In this document: positions 25,811 to 39,336 of the stretch, piece by piece
Position numbering within the stretch: position 1 is the first letter of the stretch
How the letters are laid out: every line of letters starts with the position of its first letter
DNA from: Eledone cirrhosa
Taxonomy: Eukaryota
Assembly (NCBI GenBank): GCA_964016885.1
Contig: OZ024741.1
Coordinates: 142,910,001 to 142,974,000 of the forward strand
DNA: 64,000 nt
Direction: 5' to 3'
Program-made: the position numbers and the translations under genes
Notes under the pieces: generated by a model
Told to the model about the DNA's origin: nothing
The model's input: the letters and a program-made list of their open reading frames with translations, nothing else
The model's database searches: none

Positions 25811-28800
25811 CTAGAGAAATATTATTTCAGCCACTTGTATTCGCAATCGTATTATAAACCTCCAATGCAAATATCTGGTTATGTACCAATGTGAAAAATC
25901 ATTAATAGAAAAGAAAAAAAAATGGCCATCCCAAATATATTTTAAAAGGTTTTCAATTTTAAAATAAATAAATAACGATAAAGGGACTAAAGGAATCAGA
26001 CAAATGCGACAAAATCTTCTACAACTTGACAACATGCACAATTGTACAGACAAAGCAAACTCAGCCCTAATAATAAGCAAGGTGTATTTGTCTGTCTGTA
26101 ACTTTAAATTTTACACACACATACTCAAAGTGCATTTCCTATATCAGTAAGTTCACTTTCTAATCACAGGATCTTGGGTTCTAACCCTACATTCGTCCCT
26201 GTAAATAGTCATTTCTTTAATTATACACATACATTTCATCTTGTACAAGCTGAATATTTATGTAATTATATCCTAAAAATATAAAAATATATTTATCACT
26301 TCCACATGTCAATAATCAATATAAATTATAGGGTTTCTCTTCTGCAAACTTAATTGATCAAAATGCAAATTTCCCAGTTTGTATGATTGTTGATATATCC
26401 AGTAATCCTGGTATATATGGTAGAGTAATCCCAGACTTTAAAACCTAAATACATTTAACATTATCATCATTATTAACAGCACTGGTCCACCAGTCTTTAA
26501 TATTTCTGAAATGCATCACATGAATATTCGCATAAAATGGATATAAGATTAGACATACAATTTATATGTAAAGAAAAACAATCAAGTTAAAAACCTATAT
26601 TGTCGAACTGTCAGCATATGAACTGAACCATTGCTTATAAATTGTAAACAATATCAGTTAGCAGCAGAAATGCCAAGAAGCTGAAATTAGCTTGAAATCA
26701 AAGTTTTAAGTCCACTATAAATTTCACTCAGTTTTCTTTAGCTTTTGTAAATATTGATGCTGGTTATATGTCATTCAACACCAAGAAAACATTTCTGGTA
26801 AGACATGCAAGAAATATCTAAAGGGCAACTATTTAAAGGGTATGGGTGCAGCTGTTGTGAAGATTTTTTTTGTTATATCAAGTAAAGTGCAGAGTTATCA
26901 TCATCACCACTGTTTAATGTCTATTTTCCATGCTTGCATGGTCAGAGTTTGTCACGTTATGTGGTTTAGCAAAATTAGGTCAAGTGACCAAGTCATGTTC
27001 ATATGGATGTTTTTGGTTTGATTTCTATGGCTGAGTGCCCTTCTTAACACCAACAACATTACAGTATGTACTAGGAACTTTTTTTCATGACACCACCACA
27101 ACCACTTTACAGTACCAGTTGAATAAATGTTACTGATTAATGAATCTTGAAACAGCATTGTCTCGCATTCTCTGACACTGATGTGTTCATAAAGAAAAAT
27201 ATTTTTTCATAACGAAAAGGTTTTTTTCTTTGTTATTGAATATAAACATGTATATGCTTTCATACACACACACTATATATATATATATATACTCTAAAGT
27301 AGTTGGTGTTAGCAAGGGCATCCAGCCATAGAAAACCTGCCAAACAAAGGATCAGGATGGCTCTTCAGCTGTGTCAAAAACATGACTCCCTCCCCTTGTG
27401 CCGGTGCCATGATAAATTTCACTCGGTAAAGCGCAGGAACGTATGTATTCATGATGTAGGCCCTGGTTCATCAGAGAGGTCAGTGGCATCACTTGAGTAC
27501 TGTCACAGCCTAAAGAGCTGTTCAACCGTTGCTAGCAAGGAAGACAGGTATCAAATGATACATGCATACAATTTGATATGTCAATTTGATTGGATTAAAA
27601 CAAGTAGTTATGGCATGTACCCAGGAGATAGACTACATGTCTTCAACAGGGTGACAGAATTTTATCCATGCACTCAATAAGCACTTATCCTAACACCAAA
27701 AACATAATAGAAGTGACAATCGACATAAACCTATATTATAATATATATTTACATAGTTAATATGATAGAAGAGACAATCCATAAAAACTTGTTTTATAAT
27801 ATATATTTACATAGTTAATACGATTCTACATCAACTACAAACCAATTCAAATCTTGTTGCAGTCACAGTATTTTTAAGTGATTGAGTCAGGAGTAGGGGG
27901 CAATAGGCATTACTTTTGTATGCCCCTCTTCATTGAATTTCTGCATGATGTATGTAATGTGTGTGGAGAGAGAGAGAGAGCGAGAGATTCTAAATTGTGG
28001 GTAGTTAGATATACTTGCCGAGAGATCAAATGCTCTCAAATGGATGTAATAATAATATAGGAAGAAAAAAATAGGAATATTTCAGTATGAATTACATCGA
28101 TGTGAAACAAGGGTGATGAGGAAAAGAGCACTGGGCTTAAACAGGAATGGTACACCTTGCTAGCTCAGAAGAAGAGCTATTAGTGGATAAAGAGATAGAA
28201 AGGAAACAGAGTTAGTGGTTGTAAAATACTGGGGGAGTGAATCTTTGCCAATTAGCTAGATTGTTTTCAGAGACAAAAGTGTATTGTTCACTTAAGTTTG
28301 CCTAGATGAAAATTAAGTTAACAGTATGAATGACATTCAGCTGTACAAATATCTTAGTGGAAGGGAAAACTAATGAAAAGCACTGGCAACAAAAGTGAAG
28401 ACTTAACTACGAATTGAAACCAGGGTGAAAACTGTTCACCTAGTTTATTTTGCCTACAATACTCCTGGAATATTTTCAAATGTGCTTATTTTGGGTAGTA
28501 CTTTCACATTTTACTAGCCTTTAAGCAAGCAGTTAAGTACAACTGGAACAAAACTCCAAAATCCTAACAGCTTTATTTAACCAGGAGATATTTGCTGTAA
28601 ATATATAAAAAATCTAAGCAGGAAAAACAAAATACAATTGATCCTCAGATGAGATTAACAATGATTGGATTCTGATATTCCACTTAAAGTTTTGCCAAAG
28701 AAGACAAAAAAAAATGTAAAAATATAAATGGAGGAAAGTAAAAGAAACATGTAGGGAGAATAGAGGTGAGAAGGATCATGAATAACAACCGATGGAAGAT

Positions 28801-30539
28801 ATTCTAGAACTAAACTAACTGGCTTTAATGAATACAACACTTGCTAGTTTGGTTACTTTCAAATGGGACAATTCATGACCACAAAATGGAGAAAGATAGT
28901 AAGGTAAGCATCATATAACTTGAAAATATGTTGCTTTTTTTTTCCCCGAGTAAAAGTGTTTGTTTAATTTTTTTTTCAATATAAACAAGAGTAGAATTTG
29001 TATATTTTAAATACTGGTAGTTGGGTTTAAATAGTTTTGAAAGCAAAGAGAAAGCCAAGCTGATGTCTAAATATCAGGACAATGCTATGTATATACAACA
29101 CGGACTGTTTCTTTGAGATATAGTTATTTTAGGATTTTAATTGAATATTATGCTGAGTAATATTGCAAAAGAGGTTGATGGTTAGTCATCATTAAATATA
29201 GAGTCCAACATCTGAAGCAAAATGAAAATATTCATCTTGGCAGCTGGCTAAGATGATATAGTTCCATTGGGATTGGTGAATACTGAAAGAAGTAGATGTG
29301 CAGAAATTGGCTGAGGTGTATTTAACAAAATACTACTACCATCAGGGAATACTTTTTTTTATATTATATATATATATACTTCTTGGCAGATATAGAGAAA
29401 ACAATATGAATCTACAAAATATCTTAGAACAGTAACTCCACATTTAACAAGAAAAAATTTTTAAACAACAAAATCAAATACCAAGCAAATTGGAAGCATT
29501 TTCAGACCAGTAAAAAATAAATAAAATACAGGATTACTATTAGGTTGTCGGACATGCTTTCCAGCATAGTTACGTCCCTTTACGATCTGAGTTCAAATCC
29601 CGCCGAGGTTAACTTTGCCTTTCATCCTTATGAGGTCGATAAACTAAAGTACCAGTAATGTACTGGATAATTGCTGGCCTTGTGCCAAAAGTAGAAACAC
29701 TTATTAGGTTTAAAATGAAGATCAAGCCAACAATAATGTGATATGGATGTTATTAAAGTGATACAATATGTATACCACCATTCATTGATTAACATGCCAG
29801 TATGGGTTAGACAAAACTGTGAGGTAGATTTTCCATGACCAAATGCTATTCTTGACACTAAGCCATACTGTATTAGTATATACTGCAGGCCTTTGTCAAA
29901 GCAAGCTGCAAGATGTATTGTTTACGTAGGACTTGAAAGTGACTGCTTGATTTAAACTGTGTTAATACGAAATGCATGCAGAGTGGTGTACACACTGACT
30001 GACATTTCTATTAACTGAATTCCCTTAAGACATTGGTCAGTTTAAGTCTAAGATAAAATATAGTTGAAAATAGAATTGAACCGAAACTACACACAGCTTT
30101 TACTGTCAATCTCTTCATATTTTACTAGTACGCAAAAATAAAATTTAGCCATGTGTGCATGCACATGCATCTCTTTATGGTAGGCTATTCAAATGCATGA
30201 ACAAAATAATATAAACAAAGTGTTTGAAATAATAAATTCATGAGGAATTACCATAAACTAGCCACCAACTCAGTGCATCATTTCCCAGACAATGCCAGGT
30301 ACCTGTCTAATACTCCCAGATATACACAGGCACTCCCCCACATTACAGAAATTGTAAAATGGATAGTCTATAATTTTGCACTACCAGTAATTGTAAAGTA
30401 TGACTAATGTGGAGTATGGTCTAATTCTGCCACTATGGGAACTCAGGGTAAAATGTAACAATTCAAGAACACTTTTTAGCCACAAAAGACAACTTCGTAG
30501 CCATTTAGGTAAGATCAAAGCATAGCTAAAGGGCCCAGA

Positions 30540-32999
30540 TGGAAGCAATCCTTGACAATTAGTAACTGGAACATTACAACCCTTACAGGTACAGAGCAGA
30601 AATTAGTGGAGGAGGCCAGATGCTACCAGCTATAGTCAAAATTACATAGTTCTTGTACTGTAGATTTGGTTTGCAGAGGGAAACTCCACTATTCAGGGAT
30701 AGCGCCAGAAAAGACTGCACAGACAGAAGTGGGGATACTCACAAGCCTCTGGCTGTCAGAATGTGTCATGAATTGAATCTCATTGGGATGGAGGATTTGC
30801 CTCTTGATGCTTAGGCTGAAAGTTTATGTGCCAGGCAGAGAATCTAAATACAGATCCTTCCTTGGGGGTCACTGCAGTATTAGATATAATGAAGACCAAG
30901 TCATATATCCTAATGGGAGACTTCAATGCACATGTTGGCATTGACTGCCTAACAAGGAAAGGAGTGTTTGGAAGGAACGGCAATACCAATCAAAATATGA
31001 ATGGAGAGACCTTGTTAAACTTCTATTATGAACACCTTCCAGCACAAAGGCATCCATAAATACATATGGTATAAAGGAAATCAGGAACAGAGATCAATAA
31101 CTGATTTTATTATTGTCTTTGATCTCTTCAATCCTGTGCTGAATGTTCATGTTAAAGGAGGGGGGGGGGGGCTGAGCTGACAACTGATCACCATCTCGTT
31201 ATCTGCAACCTGAGACTACCTAAAGCCAAGAGAGCCCACAAGACTTTCCTACAGGATAAAGTGGGAAGCGCTGGCAAATAAGGAAGTTAAGAACAGGTTT
31301 GCAGATGCTATTTCATCTAAATTCGGTGAGCTCCCTTGACCAAACTAAAGACGTTGAAACGGAGTACAGACTGTTCAGCTCTGCAGTTTCTCTGCTGGCA
31401 AAAACAGCTTGGTGTGGAACCAGGTGGCAGACTATCCGCTGACTTCGAAATCCCCCTCCATACCTGCTATCAGGAACACGTTTGGGGTTCTCTAGGCAGA
31501 GAGGAGCACCTTGTGAGGTGGAGAGAGTACTGATTTCCTAAACCTGGTCACAATGGCATCTTTTGATGTACACAAGGTGCATCTGTGAGCAATGACTAAC
31601 CTCTTTGAGGTTGAGGTCACAAGAGCAATTAAAGAGCTCAAATATAGCAAGGCTGCTGGGGAGGATGAAATTCAGCCCAAGATGTTAAAAGCTTTAAATA
31701 AGGTATTCTCAAACTGACTTGTGTGTGCTGGGTGACCTGGATCTCTGGAAAGGCACCTTAGCAATGGAAATCGGGAGTGATAATCTCAATTTTCAAAAAG
31801 GGAGACAAGTGAGATTACCCAAATTACAGAGGGATCTCCTTGTTAAGCCTACCTAGTAAAGTCTGTGCTAAGTGTCAGGCAAAGAAATGTAGGGATATTG
31901 TCATCTCCAAGCTAGCTGACGAACAGTGATGTTTTCACCCGGAAACAACACAACCAATAGGTGTATGCTTGTCTTGTAGACTTTAAAAAGGCATATGACT
32001 GCGTTCCACAGGACCTGTTGTGAAGGTTCTGCAGGAATATGGAATCAATGGACAGCTTATTACCCTGATGTCTATACAAACACTCTAATATGTGTTTGGA
32101 TAAATGGTGCTAAGTTGAAATTATTTTATTTAATGTGGATGTCGAACTCCGGGGGTGCACTGTCACCTCTCGTCTTTATGAACTGAATTGACATGTGCAG
32201 CTGGGTTGAAAGTGGTATCAAGACTGGTGGGTGTAGAACTAGTTGGCTGGAATTTACAGTTGACATGGTACTACTTAACTCACCAGAAGGTGATATCGAA
32301 CCACACTTGATAGGTCTGTTGCAGAGTGCTGCATGGCAAGAATGAAAAGAAGTGCTGCGAAGACCGAGACATTCGTTCTCTTAAGGAAGCCTGGGCAGTG
32401 CAATCTACGTGTGAGTGAAGTTCCACTGAAGCAGGTGGAGAAGTTCAAGCATCTTGGGGGCATGTTCATGAGTAATGGAAGTTTGGAGGACAAATTGTGC
32501 AAGAATTGCATGAACTGGCGCAGTAATGTGCCAGCTTCAGCTATTGATCACCAGAAGAAGGGAGGTAAGTGTTATAGCCAAACTAACTTTAATTTGGTAT
32601 TCATGACAAGCCTTACCTATGGTCATGAATCTTAGGTAATGACTGAAAGAATATAATTGCGAATACAATTGGCCGAAATGGGGATCCTCCGCAGGGTCTT
32701 TGAAGTAACGTTACTTGATAAGAGTGCGTAGTTCAAGGTAGAGAGATTCAAGAAATCTTAACTCCAATACTCTGGACATATTAGAACGTCTGAGAAAAAA
32801 TAAAAATCCACAAGAGATCCAGGCAAGATGGTTGGATAACATCCACAAGCTCAGCAGGTCTTGCTTGAGGATCCAGCTGAATCAATTGGAAATGGTGGCT
32901 TTTGACAGGACCTACTGGAAGATATTCTGGAGGACTATGGGTCTATGGCCCTCCCAAGAATAAGTGAGGAGGAGGAGGAGGAGGAAGAGAAGGAGAAGA
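30540..32999 (+). mobile_element. Near full-ORF but heavily decayed RTE-clade LINE
   Basis: Endonuclease motifs WNITTL, MGDFNAHVG, TDHHLV; RT motifs KAAGEDEI, NYRGISLL, VDFKKAYD, LTYGHES; (GAG/GAA)n tail. Confidence 0.88.
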
Positions 33000-34814
33000 T
33001 TTAGTTAATTGAATTGCCTACAGTATGTGACTGGTATTTCATATAGAGATTTGAATAGTGGATATTAGAAATAAAAGTTACAAGTAAAATCCTTTTAAGA
33101 TATATAACTGCGGTTCTGCACCTGTCCCTTCTCATAGCGGTGCCACCCAGTAACTGAGCTCTGAAAATGGGATCGACGCGGCCAACTGGCCTGTCACTCC
33201 TCATAGCGGAGCCATCCAGTTCCATACTGTAAACGTCGTTGGTGTTACAAAGGTAGGAAGGGTATCCTGGTGTAAAAACCCTAGCCAAATTTAGTCCTTG
33301 CCAGAGCAAGGTGCGATACGCAGCCAACACTGGCAACCCGTCTAACCCATGCAAGCGTGGAAAAATTGACATAAACAGAAATGAGGAGGATGATGAATGA
33401 TGAATGATGATTCATACTAAAAGAGTATTGGGAGATAATCAGAATTATCTGATCCAAACATAAAAAATTAGGATAATCTAAAACTAATTTTGTCACTTTT
33501 AACACTTTGAACATGTCAGCTTCATATTCCATTCTGTTACACACTTCTGAGGGCACAGCATGGCCAATTACATGGTATTTTGGGCAAGTTTGAGTGCTAC
33601 TGGTAACATGTAACCCTATCACATGGTCGGGCCATCGACAACCCCACCAAGTTTGCTTGCCGAGGACTGATTTTGGATGAAAAACAATACCTGACAATAG
33701 GCAGTGAAACACGCGAGTCAACAGCCATCCAAATAGTGTGTACATATGTATATATTGTGTGCGTAACTATGTACATGTTAATTTAAGAGTGTGCAGAGCT
33801 GTAGAGATTTCACTAGTTGGCACTGGATGGTCTTTTATGAAGTCCCTGTATGTCCTAGTGTCTGTTCAACATGCCACTCAGTGAACTGATGACATGCCGA
33901 GTACCTAACCTCTCTCAGTTTGAAACTGACTTGTGTGGTGAAAAGTCACATTCTACATGAAACGTCTCTGATATGGCTATCATAGGATAGTCTAGCAGAA
34001 CAGGTTGGATCTAGAGGAGTAAGCCTCAATAAAAATCCTGCTTGTGTCATAGTAAGTAGCAGCTTATGTGATGACCATCAGTTTAATTAGATGACCTCGG
34101 CGTCATGAACACCAGTTGCTTCGCAGATGATCGACTGTTGATTTGACAATGGATTGGCACAACTGCTCCAGTTAGCGGCAAAATCTGAGTATGCAGGTGT
34201 AGCAAGCCGCATATATTCTAGCCATTAGAAAAAGCAAAATGAATGCTTCACCTTTAATGGAGAGACGACTCAAGAAGACCATAGCATTGGTTAACCCATG
34301 CTTTGTGAGTGAAACTAGGTAGACAGAAACTGTTTTGAAGCCTGTTAGACTATCTGTAATTCAAATATTAAGCCTTGTCACACTGAACCTCCCACAATGT
34401 TATGGACAACTGAACTTGAAATGCTCGGCCATTCACATGTTAATTTTCCAAATTTTAAGATGAAAATAATGATAAAGAAAATGATAAAAGGCAGAGCAGT
34501 TCATAAAATATATCACATTAAGATACTAAACGAGAAAAATTAATTATAAACAACATTTTGTCAGAATCTGAAGGACATTTCCAATAGTAGCTTTCTTTAC
34601 TTGGACCAGAAAATTGAAGGTAGGGAGGTCAGTAAACAGGAAGTATATAGTGGCAATAATGTAATCAGGTTTGTAGCTGTGCTGGTGTTGATATTGATAG
34701 CAATACTAGTCATAATAGTATCAGTTTCTTATCTCCACCTTTGGGGACCTGGGAAAGAATACAAGACAATATATTGCTACTGTACATTTTTTTAAAAATT
34801 TGCTATATATATTG

Positions 34815-36290
34815 AGAGCTATACAAGCTATGTACAGAGGAACAGTCAGCAAGGTTAGAATTAACAATGAATATAGTGAAGAATTTAGCGTAAAAGTAGG
34901 TGTTCACCAAGGTTCCGTCCTTAGCCCCCTCCTATTTATTATTGCCCTACAGGCTACAACAGAAGAGTTTAAGACTGGCTGCCATAGGAACTTCTATATG
35001 CAGATTATCTAACTCTCATAGCTGAATTTATGGCTGAACTAGAAGAAATTCCAAACATGGAAGCATGGCCTAGAATCAAAAAGTCTTAAAATTAACTTGT
35101 CTAAGACTAAAGTTCTAGTATGTAGAAAGGAAAATAGGGCACAGGTGCCCTCTGGGGAATGGCCTTACTGTGTGTAGGAAAGGAGTAGGTAGAAATTCCC
35201 TGCTATGTCCCAAATGCAAACTATGGGTACATAAAAGATGTAGTGGGATCACAGGCAAGCTATCTATGAATGTAGATTTTATATGTGGCCGATGCTCACG
35301 TGCAGTAAGTAGCAAGTGCCCACTGGATACTAGCTCCTTCAACTGCCCAGATGGTTCTATAGAAATAGATACTATCCATTACCTGGGTGACAAAATCAGT
35401 AGTGAAGGAGGGCGTTCTCAAAGTACAGTAGCCAGAGTTAGAACAGGATGGAAAAAGTTCAGAGAGCTAATACTGCTGTTGGCCAAAAATGGTTTCTCTT
35501 TAAAAATGAAAGATTGTATGATGCTTGTAAACGAACAGCAATGTTACATAGCAGTGAAACATGGGCATTGTGTGCAGAGATCTGCGCAGATTGGAGAGGA
35601 ACGAAGCATGCATGCTCCAATGGATGTGTAATACTAATATACAAAATGGAGGCACATGGCTTAGTGGTTAGAGCATCGGCCTTGCAATCGAAAGGTTGTG
35701 AGTTCAATTCTCAGACCGGGTGATGTGTTGTTTCTTTGAGCAAGACTTTATTTCACATTGCTCCAGTTTACTCAGCTGTAGAAATGAGATGATAGGGACT
35801 GGGGTCCATATCATTCCACTGCAAAGTGGTCGTGGAGGTGCCATGGCAAAAAAGCCCCCAGCACTCACTGTAAATGAGGTTGGTGTTAGGAAGGGCATCC
35901 AGCTGTAGAAATCAAGCCAGAATCAGTTCCCATCCCACCCTTGCAAGCAGGAAAAAGCGGACGTAAAATGAAATGATGATGATGATGATGACACAAACGG
36001 CAAAACGTAAACGAACTAAGTGAGAAATTAGGAATAAGAGGGATCAGATGCAGTTTACTTGAGAGGTGATTACGTTGGTATGGTCATGTGATGTGTATGA
36101 AGGACAACAGCTGTATAAAAAGTGCAGGGTGATCAAAATTGATGGTAGCTACGGAGTGGGTAGACCAAGAAAATCCTAGGATGAGGTGATAAAAACTGAC
36201 CTTGCACACTTACACCTTTCTAAGAATGTCACTGGATTAAGATCTTTGGCGCTATGCAGTAATACTGAAGACCCAACTTCCCTTAAGTAC
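34815..36290 (+). mobile_element. RTE-like LINE 3' half, interrupted by a SINE
   Basis: GVHQGSVLSPLLF; Cys/His-rich CxxCKLWVHKRC; RTGWKKFREL; HSSETW; LRWYGHV. Confidence 0.88.
35648..35990 (+). mobile_element. Full-length tRNA-derived SINE, family A
   Basis: A box TGGCTTAGTGG; B box GAGTTCAATTC; (GAT)n tail; nested in an RTE; many degenerate copies across the window. Confidence 0.9.
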
Positions 36291-36739
36291 AAACTTAAAC
36301 CTACAGTCAGTTGGCACCTCTTAACCCAATATACACCCCATCCGACATCCCCTACTCCATCCTCCCACACTAAAGTGGTTGTGTAGGAGACATGGTAAAA
36401 AGCACCCAGCACACACTGCAAATGTGGTTGGCGCTCGCTATGAAGGGCACCCAACTGTAGAAAACCAGCCAGAAACGGTTCTATACGAGCGAGACACTGT
36501 CACCTGACCCAACTTGCCTCAAGTGGGACAAACCCGTCTAACCTATGCAAGCATGGGTTAGATGAGTTATCCTGTTGTGAGCAAATCCAGGTCAGGTGAC
36601 ATGTCTTGTTCATACAGAACTGATTTTGACTTCATTTACAGTGAGTACTGGCTGCTTTTTGTTAAAACACCTACACGACCACTTTACAGAGTGGGCTGGG
36701 CACTTTTTGTCAGGTCACCATCACGACCACTTTAGTAGC

Positions 36740-37850
36740 TAGCAGTGGTAGTAGCTCCCTGAACTTTTTCCATCCTGTTCTCACATTGGCTACTGTACTT
36801 TCAGAAGCCCCTTTGCTACTAATTTGGTCACCCAGGTAGCAGAAGCCTATCTACTGCTTCTCTGGAAGTGCTTATTTTCCTGTGGGCGTTTGCTGCTTAC
36901 TGCTCCCGTGCATCGGTCACATGTAAAACCTACATTCTTAACTAACCTACCTGAAATGCCACTACATCTCTTGTGTACTCATAGTTTGCATTTGGAATAG
37001 AGGATGGAATTTCTACCTACACACTGAGCAAGGCCATTTTCCTGAGAGGACCAGGGCCCGGTTTTCCCCTCTACTTACTAGGACCTTAGTCTTTGTTAGG
37101 TTGACTTTAACACCCTTTAATTCTAGGCCATGCTTCCATATTTGGAATTTCTTCACTAATTCTGACATGTATTCAGGAGTTCCCATGGTCAACCAGTCTT
37201 AAACTCTTCTGTTATAGCCTACAAGACAATAAAAAGGAGAAGGCTAAGAACAAAGCCCTGGTGGACAATCTACCTGCATGCTAAATTCTTCACTATGGTC
37301 AATGTTAACCCTAACTTTGGTGACTGCTCCTCTATACATTGCTTGTACAGCCATTCATCTACTGCTAGTTTTCTTAGAGCCCACCAGATTATGGCATGGG
37401 GCACTGTGAAAAGCTTTCTCCAGATCAACAAATGCCAATTAGAGGAGCTTACTTTTAGCTAAGTACTTCTATAGTTGCTTCACAAAATAGAGGGCGTCAG
37501 TGGTACTTTTACCTGGCTCGAATCTGAACTGTATCTCATCTAGGTTAACCCAGTCCCTAATAAGCTGTGCTCTTACTGTCACCTTCATGACCTGGTCCAT
37601 CAACTTGATGCCTCTATAGTTTCTCTATCTAGTGCATCTCCTTTACCCTTGTAGCAGTTGACTATGCTGCTATGCCAATCATTTGGCATGACACCATTTA
37701 GTATTACTTGGTTTACAAAATGAGTGGTTAATGTGTGACCCACTGTTCCAGATGCTTTCAGCATCCCAGCAACTATCCCCAATGGACCAGCTGCTTTACC
37801 CCATCATCATATCCTTAATTGCTTTATTTACTATGCTGCTGCAGATTCAA
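36740..37850 (-). mobile_element. RTE-like LINE fragment, same family, opposite strand
   Basis: MPNDWHSSIVNCYKGKGDALDR; FVDLEKAF; homologous to 6900-7990 and 34815-35400. Confidence 0.82.
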
Positions 37851-38155
37851 ATGTTTATAACATCTTTACTGGTGGACAAATTGTGAAAATTTGTAGGACT
37901 AGAGTAAAGTCTAATTTGTGCTGTTTCGTATATAGAAAGTTAAAAACAAGGAAATGCATCTGGCTACTGCACTAAAAACTCACATCCAACCCATGCTAGC
38001 ATGGAAAAGCAGAAGTAAAAACAATGTATCTGATGATTAGCTGGAAAGAAATGGAAAAATAACTAGAAATTCTGAAGATCTAATATAGCCAAACAAGAAA
38101 AGAACTAATAAGGAAAGTGTAGTAAAAGACATTTTATCCAGTTGATAAAACAGTA

Positions 38156-39336
38156 TGAGGTTTGTCCCCAAAATAAGGGTTCTGATTTTTCCTATGTATG
38201 TCATGGTAAAGCAGCACATTGATGTGTATAGGAATGTTGGTTATGGCCTTGGCTGCAAGTGCATGTTTCAACATGATGGATTGAGTCAGTTGTGAGTTAT
38301 TGCTGTTTATGTATAAATGCGATTGTAACCTATTATGTTTGTGATGCAGGAAAATATCAACTGTATGCAATCAAATTTTGTGTGAAACTGAAACATTTAG
38401 TTCATTAATACAAGCTTGTAGAGATGCCACTATCAAGAGTGTAAGGTTTCTAAGTGACACAAAGGTTTCAAAGCGGGCCAATCTCAACAAATGAACAAAA
38501 TGTAGAAGTGGTGCGAGCAGTGATGGCGAAAGATTGCCAATGAAATGTTAGGATGATTGTAGAAGAAACAGGCTTGGCTAAAAATGTAGTTCACAAAATT
38601 TTAACAGACCATTGAACATGTGAAAAATTTGTGCAACACTAGTGCCCAAACACTTGACTATGGAACAAAAAGCGAACCAGTTGGAAATTTGTCAGGATTT
38701 GATAGAAAGACTCAAAATTGAGCCAAATTTCTTGGATAAAGTAATAGCAGGAGATGAATCATGGGCGTTTGATCCAGAGACGAAACAAAGTGAGGAATTG
38801 CACACGAAAAATACTTATCAGAAGACAGCACGCATGAGCAGATCCAGGGTGAAAATGATTATTGCCGTGGTATTGTCTACAAAGAATTTTTACTTCTAGG
38901 ACAGACAGTTAATAGCACCTTCTACAAAGATGTCTTGGAATGACTTCGAAAACAAGTTCAGTGAGTCCGAAAGGACATTGCAGGAGATTGGGTAGTGCAC
39001 CCACAATAACAAATCTGCTCACACAGCACTTTCAATTAGAGAATTTCTGGTGAAGAAAAATATCCCCACTCTTCCCTACAGCCCAGATCTAGCTCCATGT
39101 GATGACTACCTATTCCCTAAGTTGAAATTTCATCATTTTGAGACTAGAAAACATACAAAACATTGTAAGCAACGAGCTAAGAACACTCATTACTTCTGGT
39201 ACTGCTATGAAAAAAACGTTGGAACAACTGTGACTTCCCAAGGGTCATATTTTAAAGGAGATAACTTGTAATTTCATGTACGTCTAATAAACATTTAGAT
39301 AAAACATAAATACCGCTATTTTTGGGACAAACCTGA
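38156..39336 (+). mobile_element. Decayed mariner transposon, second family
   Basis: TIRs TA|tgaggtttgtccccaaaata ... tatttttgggacaaacctga|TA; motifs IKFCVKL, GDESW, YSPDLAPCD; frameshifted. Confidence 0.93.

Noticed and set aside
35648-35720. tRNA gene (A and B boxes)
   Set aside because: No proper cloverleaf or terminator; it continues into a multicopy SINE body
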